NCBI GenBank assembly: GCA_964617785.1
Contig: CAZTYY010000001.1
Location: forward strand, 1 to 56,069
Source: an uncultured Desulfobacterales bacterium
GTDB lineage: Bacteria > Desulfobacterota > Desulfobacteria > Desulfobacterales > SURF-7
Direction: 5' to 3'
DNA: 56,069 nt
The position numbers and the translations under genes were made by a program. Shown here piece by piece: positions 20,223 through 29,904 of this stretch (within the stretch, counting starts at the first letter, position 1; each line of letters starts with the position of its first letter). The notes under the pieces are model-generated. The model was not told the DNA's origin, did no database searches, and saw only the letters and a program-made list of their open reading frames with translations.

Positions 20223-20961
20223 TACTGCTTCGGGTGAAAGTTCAATCCCGGATCTTGCCACCGTCCCTGAACACGTTGCAATTATCATGGACGGAAACGG
20301 CCGATGGGCCAAAAAACGTCTGCTGAACCGTATTAGAGGACATGAAAAAGGATCCGAAACAGTCAGGTCAATTGTAAGAGCCAGTCGTAAAATCGGCATA
20401 AAATATTTAACCCTTTATGCATTTTCAACCGAAAACTGGCAGCGACCCAAGGCAGAAGTGAAAGCACTGATGCATCTGCTTGAAAGGTTTTTAAAAAAAG
20501 AACTGCAGGAGATGCAGGACAATAATATAAGGCTTTTTACAATCGGCCAACAGGAAAAACTTCCGGAAAAAGTCCGTGCAACGCTTCAGGAAACCATGGC
20601 TCTAACGGAAAAAAACAACGGCATGCAGTTGAACCTGGCTTTAAGTTATGGAGGACGAGCGGAAATAGTCAGAATGGTCCGTTTGGTTGCCAAACAAGCT
20701 GTTTCCGGTGAAATAGCAATGGATGCAATCAACGAAGATGTTGTGGCCAGCAATCTTCATACCGCTGATATGCCAGATCCTGACCTGTTGATCAGGACAA
20801 GCGGAGAAATGCGGATCAGCAATTTTTTACTTTGGCAGATCGCATATTCTGAAATTTTTATTACAGATACGCTGTGGCCGGATTTCAGCCAAGAAGAATT
20901 CTTTAACATTTTGAAAAAATTCCAAAACCGGGACAGGCGATTCGGAAAAGTAAATACGTGA
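20179..20961 (+). CDS. uppS: isoprenyl transferase (undecaprenyl-diphosphate synthase family)
   Basis: HVAIIMDGNGRWA and RTSGEMRISNFLLWQ motifs. Start ambiguous: the ATG at 20179 overlaps frr by 44 nt, while the TTG at 20212 follows AAGGAAA and overlaps frr by only 11 nt. Confidence 0.9.
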   Translation: MTPSKIKKRKYLNSDTASGESSIPDLATVPEHVAIIMDGNGRWAKKRLLNRIRGHEKGSETVRSIVRASRKIGIKYLTLYAFSTENWQRPKAEVKALMHLLERFLKKELQEMQDNNIRLFTIGQQEKLPEKVRATLQETMALTEKNNGMQLNLALSYGGRAEIVRMVRLVAKQAVSGEIAMDAINEDVVASNLHTADMPDPDLLIRTSGEMRISNFLLWQIAYSEIFITDTLWPDFSQEEFFNILKKFQNRDRRFGKVNT

Positions 20962-20988
20962 AATCGGACTTTACAGATTAATTAAACT

Positions 20989-21795
20989 ATGCACCTAAAA
21001 CGATGGCTTTCGGGAATAGCAATTCTTCCGATTCTTATCCTGATGATCCTTCATGGAAGAACTGCATTCAGTCTTTTTATTTTAACGGTATCATTTATCG
21101 CGTTACGGGAATATTTTCGTATCGTCTATAACAAGACAGGTCGGCCTTTGCTCAGCCTGTTGCCCGGCATAGGTTTTATAACATGCCTGTTAATAACAGC
21201 AGCGGCCCATTTTGGGTTGTTTCATCATGTATCCTTTCTGATTGTCGTAAACATTCTTCTGATCGGACTTGTAGGGACTTTCAGATTCAAGGCTGAGCCT
21301 GATTTTCTCGATGCTGCCGCAAAACAGCTCCTGGGCATTATATACGTACCGCTTCTTTTGTCCCATGTAATTCTAACAAGAAGCGGTCCTGACGGCGCAG
21401 AATGGGTCTTTCTCCTTTTATTTCTTGTTTTTTTTGGCGACATCGGCGCCTTTTATGCGGGATCGTATTTCGGACGTACCCGGCTTTGTCCTGCAGTGAG
21501 TCCCGGTAAAACAGTTGAAGGCGCTTTGGGAGGACTTGTCGCCAGCATTGGAATCGGCATACTTTTCAGATATTTTTTCCTGCCGCACCTTTCTTTTGGC
21601 CCGTGTTTACTGCTTTTCATCTGCGTCGGTATAATAGGCCCTGTTGGAGACCTGTTCGAATCAATGCTCAAACGAAAGAGTGATGTAAAAGATTCCGGTA
21701 CTATTATGCCGGGACACGGGGGACTTCTGGATCGCATTGATGCTGTATTGTTTGCCGTACCTGTTGTGCATTATTTTAAAACTTATTTAATGTGA
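20989..21795 (+). CDS. cdsA: phosphatidate cytidylyltransferase
   Basis: 268 aa polytopic membrane protein with the CdsA C-terminal signature (SxLKRxxxxKDSGxxxPGHGGxLDRxD). Confidence 0.9.
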   Translation: MHLKRWLSGIAILPILILMILHGRTAFSLFILTVSFIALREYFRIVYNKTGRPLLSLLPGIGFITCLLITAAAHFGLFHHVSFLIVVNILLIGLVGTFRFKAEPDFLDAAAKQLLGIIYVPLLLSHVILTRSGPDGAEWVFLLLFLVFFGDIGAFYAGSYFGRTRLCPAVSPGKTVEGALGGLVASIGIGILFRYFFLPHLSFGPCLLLFICVGIIGPVGDLFESMLKRKSDVKDSGTIMPGHGGLLDRIDAVLFAVPVVHYFKTYLM

Positions 21796-21818
21796 ACAAA
21801 AAAAGCAGGATTCATTTA

Positions 21819-22979
21819 ATGAAAAATCTTTCCATACTAGGCTCAACCGGCTCCATCGGGCGGAATGTTCTGGAGATCGTTTCTATGTTTCCTGAAAGGT
21901 TTTCTGTTAAAGGTCTGGCTGCAAAAAATAATGTTGAACTCATTAAAAAACAAATAGAAAAATTCAACCCGGAAATAGTAAGCCTTTTTGATGAACAGTC
22001 GGCAACCAGGCTAAAAAAAAAATTGTCCGGTTCAACATCCGTTGAAATCGTATACGGTAATAGCGGTTATTGTGATGTTGCCGGCCTTGATGTTTCGGAT
22101 ACGGTTGTTTCATCCATGGTCGGCGCCGCAGGACTCCTACCGACTATTGAGGCTATAAAAGCCGGGAAAGAAATTGCTCTTGCCAATAAAGAGACACTGG
22201 TAACTGCAGGCGAAATCGTTATGGCGCTTGCAAAAGAAAACAATGTGCGTATTATCCCTGTTGACAGCGAGCATAGCGCTATTTTTCAATGCCTTGCAGG
22301 TCAGAGAAAAAAAGATTTACAAAAAATTATTCTCACAGCTTCAGGTGGTCCTTTCATTGACAGGCCCGAAGATACTTTTGGCCTTATTAAGCCGGCAGAT
22401 GCCCTGAATCATCCAAACTGGGAAATGGGTAAAAAAATCAGCATTGACTCTGCAACACTTATGAATAAAGGGCTTGAAATCATAGAGGCCAGATACCTTT
22501 TTAATGTACCTGAAGATAAAATAGAGGTCATCATTCATCCTCAGAGCATTGTCCATTCAATGGTGGCATATCAGGATGGTTCTGTGCTGGCACAATTGGG
22601 TATTCCGGATATGAAACAGGCGATTGCTTATGCACTGTCATTTCCGGAACGCCTTCCCATAGGGCAGCCGGTCCCTGACTTTACCACAATAGGATCGCTT
22701 GCTTTCAGGAAACCTGATTTAAAAAAATTTCCCTGCCTGGCAATGGCTTTTGATGCCTGCAGGGAAGGGGGCACGCTTCCGGCGGTATTAAATGCCGCAA
22801 ATGAAATAGCGGTTCAGGCTTTTTTAGAAAAGCGGTTATTGTTTCCGGAAATACCGGACTTGATAAAAAAGACAATGGACAGGCATCGTATTGACACCAA
22901 GCCGGATCTTAATGTAATCATGGAAGCTGACAGATGGGCGAGGCAAGAAGCTGAAAACATAATAACTAAGGAGACTTAA
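21819..22979 (+). CDS. dxr: 1-deoxy-D-xylulose 5-phosphate reductoisomerase
   Basis: ILGSTGSIG NADPH motif, LANKE and DSEHSAIFQC motifs. The ORF opens with a GTG at 21792 overlapping the cdsA stop; the ATG at 21819 starts right at the conserved N-terminus. Confidence 0.9.
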   Translation: MKNLSILGSTGSIGRNVLEIVSMFPERFSVKGLAAKNNVELIKKQIEKFNPEIVSLFDEQSATRLKKKLSGSTSVEIVYGNSGYCDVAGLDVSDTVVSSMVGAAGLLPTIEAIKAGKEIALANKETLVTAGEIVMALAKENNVRIIPVDSEHSAIFQCLAGQRKKDLQKIILTASGGPFIDRPEDTFGLIKPADALNHPNWEMGKKISIDSATLMNKGLEIIEARYLFNVPEDKIEVIIHPQSIVHSMVAYQDGSVLAQLGIPDMKQAIAYALSFPERLPIGQPVPDFTTIGSLAFRKPDLKKFPCLAMAFDACREGGTLPAVLNAANEIAVQAFLEKRLLFPEIPDLIKKTMDRHRIDTKPDLNVIMEADRWARQEAENIITKET

Positions 22980-23035
22980 ACCTGGCCGGAATCAACCGGA
23001 ATATCAATAAATGACCGATCTCCCAGGTATTTATC

Positions 23036-24130
23036 ATGGATTATATACTTTCATTTGTCATAGTACTCGGCGTGCTGATTTTTTTTCATGAATTCGGCCA
23101 TTTTCTAATTGCCAGACTGTTCGGTGTCGGTGTTGAAAAATTCTCCCTTGGGTTTGGCCCGCGGATCATCGGTAAAACCATAGGTCTTACCGAATACAGA
23201 CTTTCAGCCATCCCTCTCGGCGGTTACGTAAAAATGGTAGGGGAAGAACCGGATGTGGAACTTCCTTCAGAAGATATCCCTCTTTCTTTTACACACAAGT
23301 CCGCAATTAAACGAATATGCATCGTTGCTGCCGGCCCGATTTTTAATTATCTGTTGGCCATAATCATCTTTTTCGGTTTTTTTCAAATATACGGCATAAG
23401 GGTGCTGGAACCTGTCATCGGAACCATTGAAAAAGACTCTCCAGCCCAGATAAGCGGCCTGAAAGAAAAAGATCGTATCGTTGAAATCAGTGGAGAGCAT
23501 GTTCAAAAATGGGACGACATGGCAGATATTATCCAACAAAGCCAGGGGAAGACAATCGAGCTGACGATCGTAAGAGACGGCACCCTCCTTGTGTTTCAGG
23601 CAGCGCCCATCATCAACCAGTCTAAGAATCTGTTCGGAGAAGATATTGAACGATATATCATCGGCATTACAGCTTCAGGAGATGTTATGGAAAAGGAACT
23701 CAATCCTTTACAGGCATTATCCGAAAGTCTTGTACATACATGGAATATTTCGGTGCTGATGATTAAAGGGGTTTATAAACTTATTAAGGGAGATATTTCA
23801 GCGGACAATCTCGGCGGCCCGATCATGATAGCTCAGATGGCGGGCGATCAGGCAAAGGAAGGGGTGGAAAACCTCATTTATTTTATAGCGTTCATCAGCA
23901 TTAATCTGGCGATACTCAACTTTCTCCCCATACCCGTACTTGACGGAGGGCACATCCTCTTCTTTGCGATTGAAGCGTTGAGGGGAAAGCCTTTAAGCCT
24001 GAGGGCAAGAGAGATGGCCCAGCAAGGCGGCATGTTTATATTGATTTTACTGATGGTATTTGTCATTTACAATGACATCATGCGATTGAATCTTGACGAC
24101 ATACTTCATTTTTTCAACTTAAAAGGATAG
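23036..24130 (+). CDS. rseP: RIP site-2 zinc metalloprotease RseP
   Basis: 364 aa. HEFGH motif in TM1, central PDZ domain, LNxLPxPxLDGG motif near the C-terminus. Confidence 0.9.
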   Translation: MDYILSFVIVLGVLIFFHEFGHFLIARLFGVGVEKFSLGFGPRIIGKTIGLTEYRLSAIPLGGYVKMVGEEPDVELPSEDIPLSFTHKSAIKRICIVAAGPIFNYLLAIIIFFGFFQIYGIRVLEPVIGTIEKDSPAQISGLKEKDRIVEISGEHVQKWDDMADIIQQSQGKTIELTIVRDGTLLVFQAAPIINQSKNLFGEDIERYIIGITASGDVMEKELNPLQALSESLVHTWNISVLMIKGVYKLIKGDISADNLGGPIMIAQMAGDQAKEGVENLIYFIAFISINLAILNFLPIPVLDGGHILFFAIEALRGKPLSLRAREMAQQGGMFILILLMVFVIYNDIMRLNLDDILHFFNLKG

Positions 24131-24132
24131 GG

Positions 24133-27129
24133 ATGGCGGCCCAGCTCGAAATTACATTAAAACCTGCTCTTTTTGATGCAGAAGGCGAAAAGATCCGGCA
24201 GAAAGCGGAAAATTATTTCAATCTACAGCTTGACAGCATCCGGACAATCCATGTTGTCACAATAGATACGGACCTTTCAGCTACCCAACTTGAAATCATA
24301 CGAACCGAACTGTTTACAAACCCGGTTACACATATATCCTCTTTTTCACCGCTTGACCTGGACTTTGACTGGACTATATGGGTGGGATTCAGGCCGGGTG
24401 TCAGGGATAATCCGGGCAGTACGGCTGTTGAAGCCATGGAAGATCTTCTTAATATCCGCATGGGAAAAAATGAAGCTGTATATACATCCAAACGTTACTG
24501 CATTAAATCCTCCAACCTGACACTTGAAGGAGCTGAAATAATTGCAGGTGAGCTGCTCGCAAATGACATCATCCAGCAAACTAAAATCTTTTCAAAAAAG
24601 GAATGGGACCCGGACAAAGGAACAGGGTTGATTATTCCAAAGGTTTGCCTGGAACATGTGCCAACCGTATCCACCATCCCCATAGACAGCGATAAAAGTC
24701 TTCAAAAACTGAGCGACCTAAGGAATCTTGCGCTAAATCCAAATGATATCCCCGTCATCAGGAACTATTTCCTTAAAGATGAAATTTTGGCTGAAAGGTC
24801 TAAGGTCGGGCTTTCCGACCCCACAGATATTGAACTTGAATATATTTCTCAGGCAAGAAGTGATCATTGTAACCACAACACATTCAGGGGCCGCTTCCAT
24901 TACCGGGATGCGATGACAGGTGAGACTGAAACCATTGACAACCTGTTCAAGACCTGCATCGAAGCACCGACACTGGCTTTAAAAAGCCAAAAACCGTGGG
25001 TGATTTCCGTGTTGTGGGATAACGCAGGCGTGGGACGTTTTGATGATGATCATTATTATGTTATCACCGGTGAAACCCATAATTCTCCTTCCAACATGGA
25101 GGCCTACGGCGGCGCAATTACCGGAATTGTGGGCGTTTACCGTGATCCGCTTGGGACCGGAAAAGGCTCAAAACTTGTAATGGGAAGTTACGGGTTCTGT
25201 GTGGGACCCAGAGACTATAATGGAAAGCTTAAGCCTCACCTCCATCCAAGGCGGCTTCTTGACGGCATTATTGAAGGGGTTAAGGATGGCGGCAACAAGA
25301 GCGGTATTCCAACAACCTTCGGCCAGGTTCTGTTTCATCCCGGGTATATGGGGAAATGCCTTGTTTTTGTTACAGCGGTGGGTATTATGCCGGCTGCAGT
25401 TAACGGAGATCCGACTGAAGAAAAAAATACATCTCCCGGGGACCTGATCATCATGTGCGGCGGCAGGGTCGGCAAAGATGGTATACACGGTGTAACCGCT
25501 TCATCTGAAACTTTTTCCGAGCATACGCCGGCCGGCCATGTTCAGATAGGAGACCCGTATACGCAGAAAAAGATGCATGATTTCCTGCTTGAGGCAAGGG
25601 ATGCAGGGATAATCTCTTTTCTTACAGACAACGGAGGAGGAGGCCTGTCTTCATCTGTGGGTGAATCTGCCGAGTTTTCAGGCGGCTGTGAAGTGGAACT
25701 CGACAAGGTTCCTTTAAAGTATGAAGGTCTTGATCAATGGGAAATATGGATTTCTGAATCACAGGAGCGCATGACGGTTGCCATAAAACCTGAAGTCCTG
25801 AAGCAGTTTATGGATTTATCTGAAAAACACGCAGTAGAAAGTACGGTAATCGGCAGGTACACGGATTCAGGAAAACTTCACATTAAGTACAACAATAAAA
25901 CCTGTGCATATGTCGATATTGATCTTGCTTCTTCAGGATTCCCGCAATGGGAATTTGATGCGGAATGGCTGTCACCCGAAGCGCGGAGACTGACGGAACC
26001 GGTAATCAGTGAACCCGCAGAATACGATGATCTTTTGCTGGACATGCTCAAAAGGCCGAATATCTGTTCCAAAGAATGGATTATCCGCCAGTATGACCAT
26101 GAGGTTCAGGGAACATCTGTAATAAAACCGCTGGTGGGCGCAGGCCGGGATATAAACTCAGATGCTTCGGTTATCCGGCCAATACTCTCTTCCGATAAAG
26201 GACTTGTTTTTACCCAGAGCCTGATACCGGCATACTCAGCAATTGATGCCGGGCACATGACATCCTGCACAATAGACGAGGCTGTACGCAGACTGGTCGC
26301 AGTCGGCGCAGACCCTGAAGAGATCGGTGGCGTCGATAATTTTTGCTGGCCGGACATTCAGTATCATCCTGAAAAAAACCCGGACGGAAAGTTTAAAGCA
26401 GCCCAGCTTGTGCGTTCCTGCAAGGCTCTCAGAGACACCTGTCTTGCCTATGAAATCCCCCTTCTATCCGGCAAAGACAGTATGTATGTGGACGGGCACC
26501 TTGAAGGGCCCTACAAAGAAAAAAGAAAAATTTCAGCCCTTGAGACCATGCAGTTTGCAGCCACAAGTGTCATCAACGATGTCCACATGTGCGTAACAAT
26601 GGATGCAAAAATGCCGGAAGACCTTGTATACGTATTAGGAACAACCAGAAATGAACTTGGCGGCTCTGAATATTATGAACATTTCGGGTTTGTCGGCTTA
26701 AATGTCCCGAAAGTTTTTCCGAATCAATTTAAACCGCTTTATCAGGCACTTAACTGCTCTATCCAGAAAGGACTCGTCGCCTCTGCCCATGGCATTTACC
26801 GGGGGGGGCTGTGTGTTCACCTGGCAATGGTTGCAATGGGCGGAAATTTTGGAATGGAAATCGAACTTGCCAAAGTGATATCTGAAGGCGCAGATCGTAA
26901 CGATCATATCCTCTTTTCAGAATCAGCAGGCCGGTTTATTGTGACCATAGCACCTGATCTTAAAGAAACATTTGAATCTGTTTTCAGCGGACGCCCCTTC
27001 TCATGCATCGGAAAAGTGACAAACGAAAATCAGTTAAATATTAAAGGCGTTGGCGACAACACGATTGTTTCATTGCCTGTAAACGAAATGAAATCCGCCT
27101 GGAAAAAACCATTTGGAGACCTAATATGA
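24133..27129 (+). CDS. purL: phosphoribosylformylglycinamidine synthase, PurL with an N-terminal PurS-like extension
   Basis: 998 aa. AIR-synthase-related duplicated PurM-like domains (CNHNTF, GETHNSPS, DNGGGGLSS). The first 85 aa or so resemble PurS. Confidence 0.9.
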   Translation: MAAQLEITLKPALFDAEGEKIRQKAENYFNLQLDSIRTIHVVTIDTDLSATQLEIIRTELFTNPVTHISSFSPLDLDFDWTIWVGFRPGVRDNPGSTAVEAMEDLLNIRMGKNEAVYTSKRYCIKSSNLTLEGAEIIAGELLANDIIQQTKIFSKKEWDPDKGTGLIIPKVCLEHVPTVSTIPIDSDKSLQKLSDLRNLALNPNDIPVIRNYFLKDEILAERSKVGLSDPTDIELEYISQARSDHCNHNTFRGRFHYRDAMTGETETIDNLFKTCIEAPTLALKSQKPWVISVLWDNAGVGRFDDDHYYVITGETHNSPSNMEAYGGAITGIVGVYRDPLGTGKGSKLVMGSYGFCVGPRDYNGKLKPHLHPRRLLDGIIEGVKDGGNKSGIPTTFGQVLFHPGYMGKCLVFVTAVGIMPAAVNGDPTEEKNTSPGDLIIMCGGRVGKDGIHGVTASSETFSEHTPAGHVQIGDPYTQKKMHDFLLEARDAGIISFLTDNGGGGLSSSVGESAEFSGGCEVELDKVPLKYEGLDQWEIWISESQERMTVAIKPEVLKQFMDLSEKHAVESTVIGRYTDSGKLHIKYNNKTCAYVDIDLASSGFPQWEFDAEWLSPEARRLTEPVISEPAEYDDLLLDMLKRPNICSKEWIIRQYDHEVQGTSVIKPLVGAGRDINSDASVIRPILSSDKGLVFTQSLIPAYSAIDAGHMTSCTIDEAVRRLVAVGADPEEIGGVDNFCWPDIQYHPEKNPDGKFKAAQLVRSCKALRDTCLAYEIPLLSGKDSMYVDGHLEGPYKEKRKISALETMQFAATSVINDVHMCVTMDAKMPEDLVYVLGTTRNELGGSEYYEHFGFVGLNVPKVFPNQFKPLYQALNCSIQKGLVASAHGIYRGGLCVHLAMVAMGGNFGMEIELAKVISEGADRNDHILFSESAGRFIVTIAPDLKETFESVFSGRPFSCIGKVTNENQLNIKGVGDNTIVSLPVNEMKSAWKKPFGDLI

Positions 27130-27938
27130 AATCGAGCGTAAAAGCTCTGGTGCTAAGCGGCTTTGGATTAAACTGTGACAACGAAACCGTTTATGCGTTT
27201 GAACTTGCCGGTGCAACAGCAGTTCGTGTGCATATTAATGAATTGATAAACGGAAACGTGAGCCCGACAGATTTCCAGATTATGGTTTTTATCGGAGGAT
27301 TCAGCTGGGGTGACGACCACGGCGCAGGTGTTATTCAGGCTGTACGGCTGAAAAACAATATCGGAGATAAAATTCTGGGATTTATAGAAAAAGGAAACCT
27401 TGTCCTGGGAATTTGCAATGGATTTCAGACTCTTGTCAACCTCGGACTCCTGCCGGGCTTTGACAATGACTATAAAACCCGTTCAGTGGCTCTGACATTC
27501 AATGACTGCGGTAACTTCCGTGACCAGTGGGTAAATCTTAAAGTCAACGGTAGTGCTTCGTGCATATTCACAGAAGGCCTGGACAACGTGGAATTACCGG
27601 TCAGGCATGGGGAGGGGAAATTTTACACAGACGACCTTACGTTAAATCGCCTGAAGGATGACAACCAGGTGGTTCTTCAGTATACGACCAAAGATGGAGT
27701 CCCGGCAAAGGGCTGCTTTCCCGAGAATCCCAACGGCTCGATTTTTGATATTGCAGGTATTTGCGATCCAACAGGCAGGATTTTCGGGCTTATGCCCCAT
27801 CCTGAAGCGTTTCATCACCCAACTTCCCATCCTGACTGGACGCAGCGGAAAGAAGTTGCCAAGCGCAGTAATAATGACTGGATAGAATCTGCAACATCCG
27901 GCCTTATTTTTTTTCAAAATGCTGTGAATTATTTTTAG
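27126..27938 (+). CDS. purQ: phosphoribosylformylglycinamidine synthase glutaminase subunit PurQ
   Basis: 270 aa. Class I amidotransferase nucleophile elbow GICNGFQ and C-terminal HPE. 4-nt overlap with purL. Confidence 0.9.
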   Translation: MKSSVKALVLSGFGLNCDNETVYAFELAGATAVRVHINELINGNVSPTDFQIMVFIGGFSWGDDHGAGVIQAVRLKNNIGDKILGFIEKGNLVLGICNGFQTLVNLGLLPGFDNDYKTRSVALTFNDCGNFRDQWVNLKVNGSASCIFTEGLDNVELPVRHGEGKFYTDDLTLNRLKDDNQVVLQYTTKDGVPAKGCFPENPNGSIFDIAGICDPTGRIFGLMPHPEAFHHPTSHPDWTQRKEVAKRSNNDWIESATSGLIFFQNAVNYF

Positions 27939-27973
27939 CTATGTTTAAAAAGTAAAACTTAAAAAGGACTATC

Positions 27974-28435
27974 ATGCTGAAAGCTACTGAACCGTTTGAA
28001 ATTAAAGTGATAAAAGATGAAAAAGGGTTTACTTTAATTGAAGTGATGTTTGCCCTTGCCTTACTTGCCATCGGTCTTTTAGGACTTTCAATGATGCAGA
28101 TCACGGGAATAAAGAGCAACTCGCTCGGCTATGCTTCAACCCAGGCACACCACCTTGCGGAACAGCATATGGAAATGATCATAAACACTGATTACAATGC
28201 ACAAGGTATCTCTGACAGAAGCAATAACAATGGCAACCTCGATTCCATTACCGAAACTGATCATTTTAATACAGATGCCGAAGGCAATGCTCTTGATTTG
28301 GGGAAATACAACCTGATCATCAACGTTGCAGACAATACACCGATTTCAGATTCAAAAACTATTGTTGTTATAGTGACTTGGGACAATGATCGAAGAATAA
28401 GAAAGCTGAGCTGCATCAAAACCCTCACAAGCTAA
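27974..28435 (+). CDS. type IV pilus minor pilin, PilV-like (prepilin-type N-terminal methylation domain)
   Basis: KG/FTLIEVMFALALLAIGLLGL prepilin cleavage/methylation motif. AAGGA RBS before the ATG. An in-frame GTG at 28007 would give a shorter leader. Confidence 0.75.
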   Translation: MLKATEPFEIKVIKDEKGFTLIEVMFALALLAIGLLGLSMMQITGIKSNSLGYASTQAHHLAEQHMEMIINTDYNAQGISDRSNNNGNLDSITETDHFNTDAEGNALDLGKYNLIINVADNTPISDSKTIVVIVTWDNDRRIRKLSCIKTLTS

Positions 28436-28453
28436 CCTTATTTGCCAAACCGG

Positions 28454-28492
28454 TTAAATTTTTTTATACCAGCTCTTAAATTTTTTTATACC
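28454..28492 (+). repeat. exact 17-nt direct repeat TTAAATTTTTTTATACC, two copies offset by 22 nt
   Basis: Copies at 28454-28470 and 28476-28492, read directly from the sequence. They lie about 140-180 nt upstream of the candidate sigma54 promoter. Confidence 0.8.
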
Positions 28493-28631
28493 TTTTAAAA
28501 AAGCAATGGGTTTTATCCTAGATATCGGCCAACAACCGAAATTTTTTATTGTTTGCTTTTATGTGTTATTTCAATGCGATAACTTAATATCGTTAACGTT
28601 TGTAATTGTTTTTGTTGAATTAGAAAGTCGC

Positions 28632-28647
28632 TGGCATAAAAATTGTA
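28632..28647 (+). promoter_or_regulatory. candidate sigma54 (-24/-12) promoter of the fimT-pilW-pilV-pilX-pilY1 operon
   Basis: TGGCAT-AAAAA-TTGTA versus the consensus TGGCAC-N5-TTGCA. Correct spacing, GG conserved, -12 GC replaced by GT. Lies 49 nt upstream of the ATG at 28696. Confidence 0.4.
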
Positions 28648-28695
28648 TACTTTCAAGGTAACGTTATAAAAAGGATTTTAGGGAGATTGAAAAAA

Positions 28696-29160
28696 ATGAA
28701 GCCGAATACCGGATTTACCTTATTGGAACTCATGGTTGTTATATGTATTATTGCTGTTTTATCGGCTGCTTCAGCACCTAATATAATAAGCTGGTTTGAA
28801 GGAAGGAAACTAAGCAGTGCGTCAAGGAATGTACTTTCCGCAATGCAGGCTGCAAGACTAAGGGCGGTTAAGGAAAGGGCTAATGCTGTTGTGACTCTTG
28901 CCGGCAACACATTTGAGGCCTTTGTTGATGACGGAGGAGGAGTCCTTGCGAATGCCGGAAATAGTACCCGTGAAGCAGGAGAGACACTTATTAAATCTGG
29001 TGATTTCACATCTGTAAATATTACGATTGGGGGACCTGCGCTTGTTATATTTAACAGCAGAGGTTTTGCAAATGCTGCCGGCACGGTTACACTGCAGGAC
29101 GGCAGTGGGGACCAAAAACAGATATCTGTTTCAATTACAGGAAATTCTCAAATCCTGTAA
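28696..29160 (+). CDS. fimT: GspH/FimT-family minor pilin (pseudopilin)
   Basis: MKPNTG/FTLLELMVV prepilin motif followed by the GspH-type region (SSASRNVLSAMQAARLRAV). The ORF opens at TTG 28687; the ATG at 28696 lies 10 nt after AGGGAG. Confidence 0.75.
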   Translation: MKPNTGFTLLELMVVICIIAVLSAASAPNIISWFEGRKLSSASRNVLSAMQAARLRAVKERANAVVTLAGNTFEAFVDDGGGVLANAGNSTREAGETLIKSGDFTSVNITIGGPALVIFNSRGFANAAGTVTLQDGSGDQKQISVSITGNSQIL

Positions 29161-29194
29161 ATATGAAACCAGCGCATATAAAAAAGGAAAAAAG

Positions 29195-29887
29195 ATGAAA
29201 CGTATCATGACCGAAAATAAAGGATTTACCTTAATTGAACTGATGATAACCCTGGTTATATCATCGATTATTATGACCGGTATTTATGCAGTTTACAGTG
29301 CACAATCGACAGCCCGAAAAAATCAGCAAATAGTGGTCGATATGATGCAGAACTTGAGAGCCGGCATCTATTATATGGAAAGAGAAATAAGGGTCGCCGG
29401 CTTTGACCCTGCGAAAACTGCCAATGCCGGCATAACCGTAGCTAACCTTTCCGACATACAGTTTACACTGGATAATGATCAGGATGGCAATCTGCTCACT
29501 GGCGCAGTATCAGACCCGGGTGAATCGATACATTACATGCTTACAAATGATGGCGATGGAGACGGCATGGCCGTTGATTTAGGAGGAGGCAGTCTTCAAC
29601 GGCAGGATGGCGCAGGCGCCTTTGAAACCATAGCAAATAATATCGATGCGCTTCAGTTTTTTTATTTTAATGCTGCCGGCGCTCAAACAACCAATGTTAA
29701 TGCTATCGCCACCGTTCAGATTGCCATGGTGGCAAGAGGAGCAACCGGTGAAACAGGAGGTTACACAAACAATAGAACATACAGTGTAACCTTAATCGAC
29801 GGGAGCGTTGTTAATGTTCTGCCGGCCCAGAATGACAACATCAGAAGGGAATTGTTAACCACATCTGTAAGATGCAGAAACCTTTAA
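29195..29887 (+). CDS. pilW: type IV pilus minor pilin PilW-like
   Basis: ENKG/FTLIELMITLVISSII prepilin motif and the PilW-like segment NLRAGIYYMEREIRVAGF. The ATG at 29195 follows AAAGGAAAAAAG. The longer ORF from 29027 would overlap fimT. Confidence 0.75.
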   Translation: MKRIMTENKGFTLIELMITLVISSIIMTGIYAVYSAQSTARKNQQIVVDMMQNLRAGIYYMEREIRVAGFDPAKTANAGITVANLSDIQFTLDNDQDGNLLTGAVSDPGESIHYMLTNDGDGDGMAVDLGGGSLQRQDGAGAFETIANNIDALQFFYFNAAGAQTTNVNAIATVQIAMVARGATGETGGYTNNRTYSVTLIDGSVVNVLPAQNDNIRRELLTTSVRCRNL

Positions 29888-29904
29888 GCTTACTGGAGGA
29901 TGCA

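Noticed and set aside
19820-20399. Two overlapping minus-strand ORFs (153 and 110 aa).
   Set aside because: Both are antisense to frr and uppS, which are unambiguous. Neither has a supporting motif.
28653-29084. 143-aa ORF on the - strand.
   Set aside because: It is antisense to the fimT/gspH-like pilin gene, which has a clear prepilin motif and RBS. It shows no signal of its own.
29027-29194. Upstream extension of the pilW ORF overlapping fimT.
   Set aside because: The prepilin leader and RBS define the start at 29195. The extension is an out-of-frame read-through of fimT.
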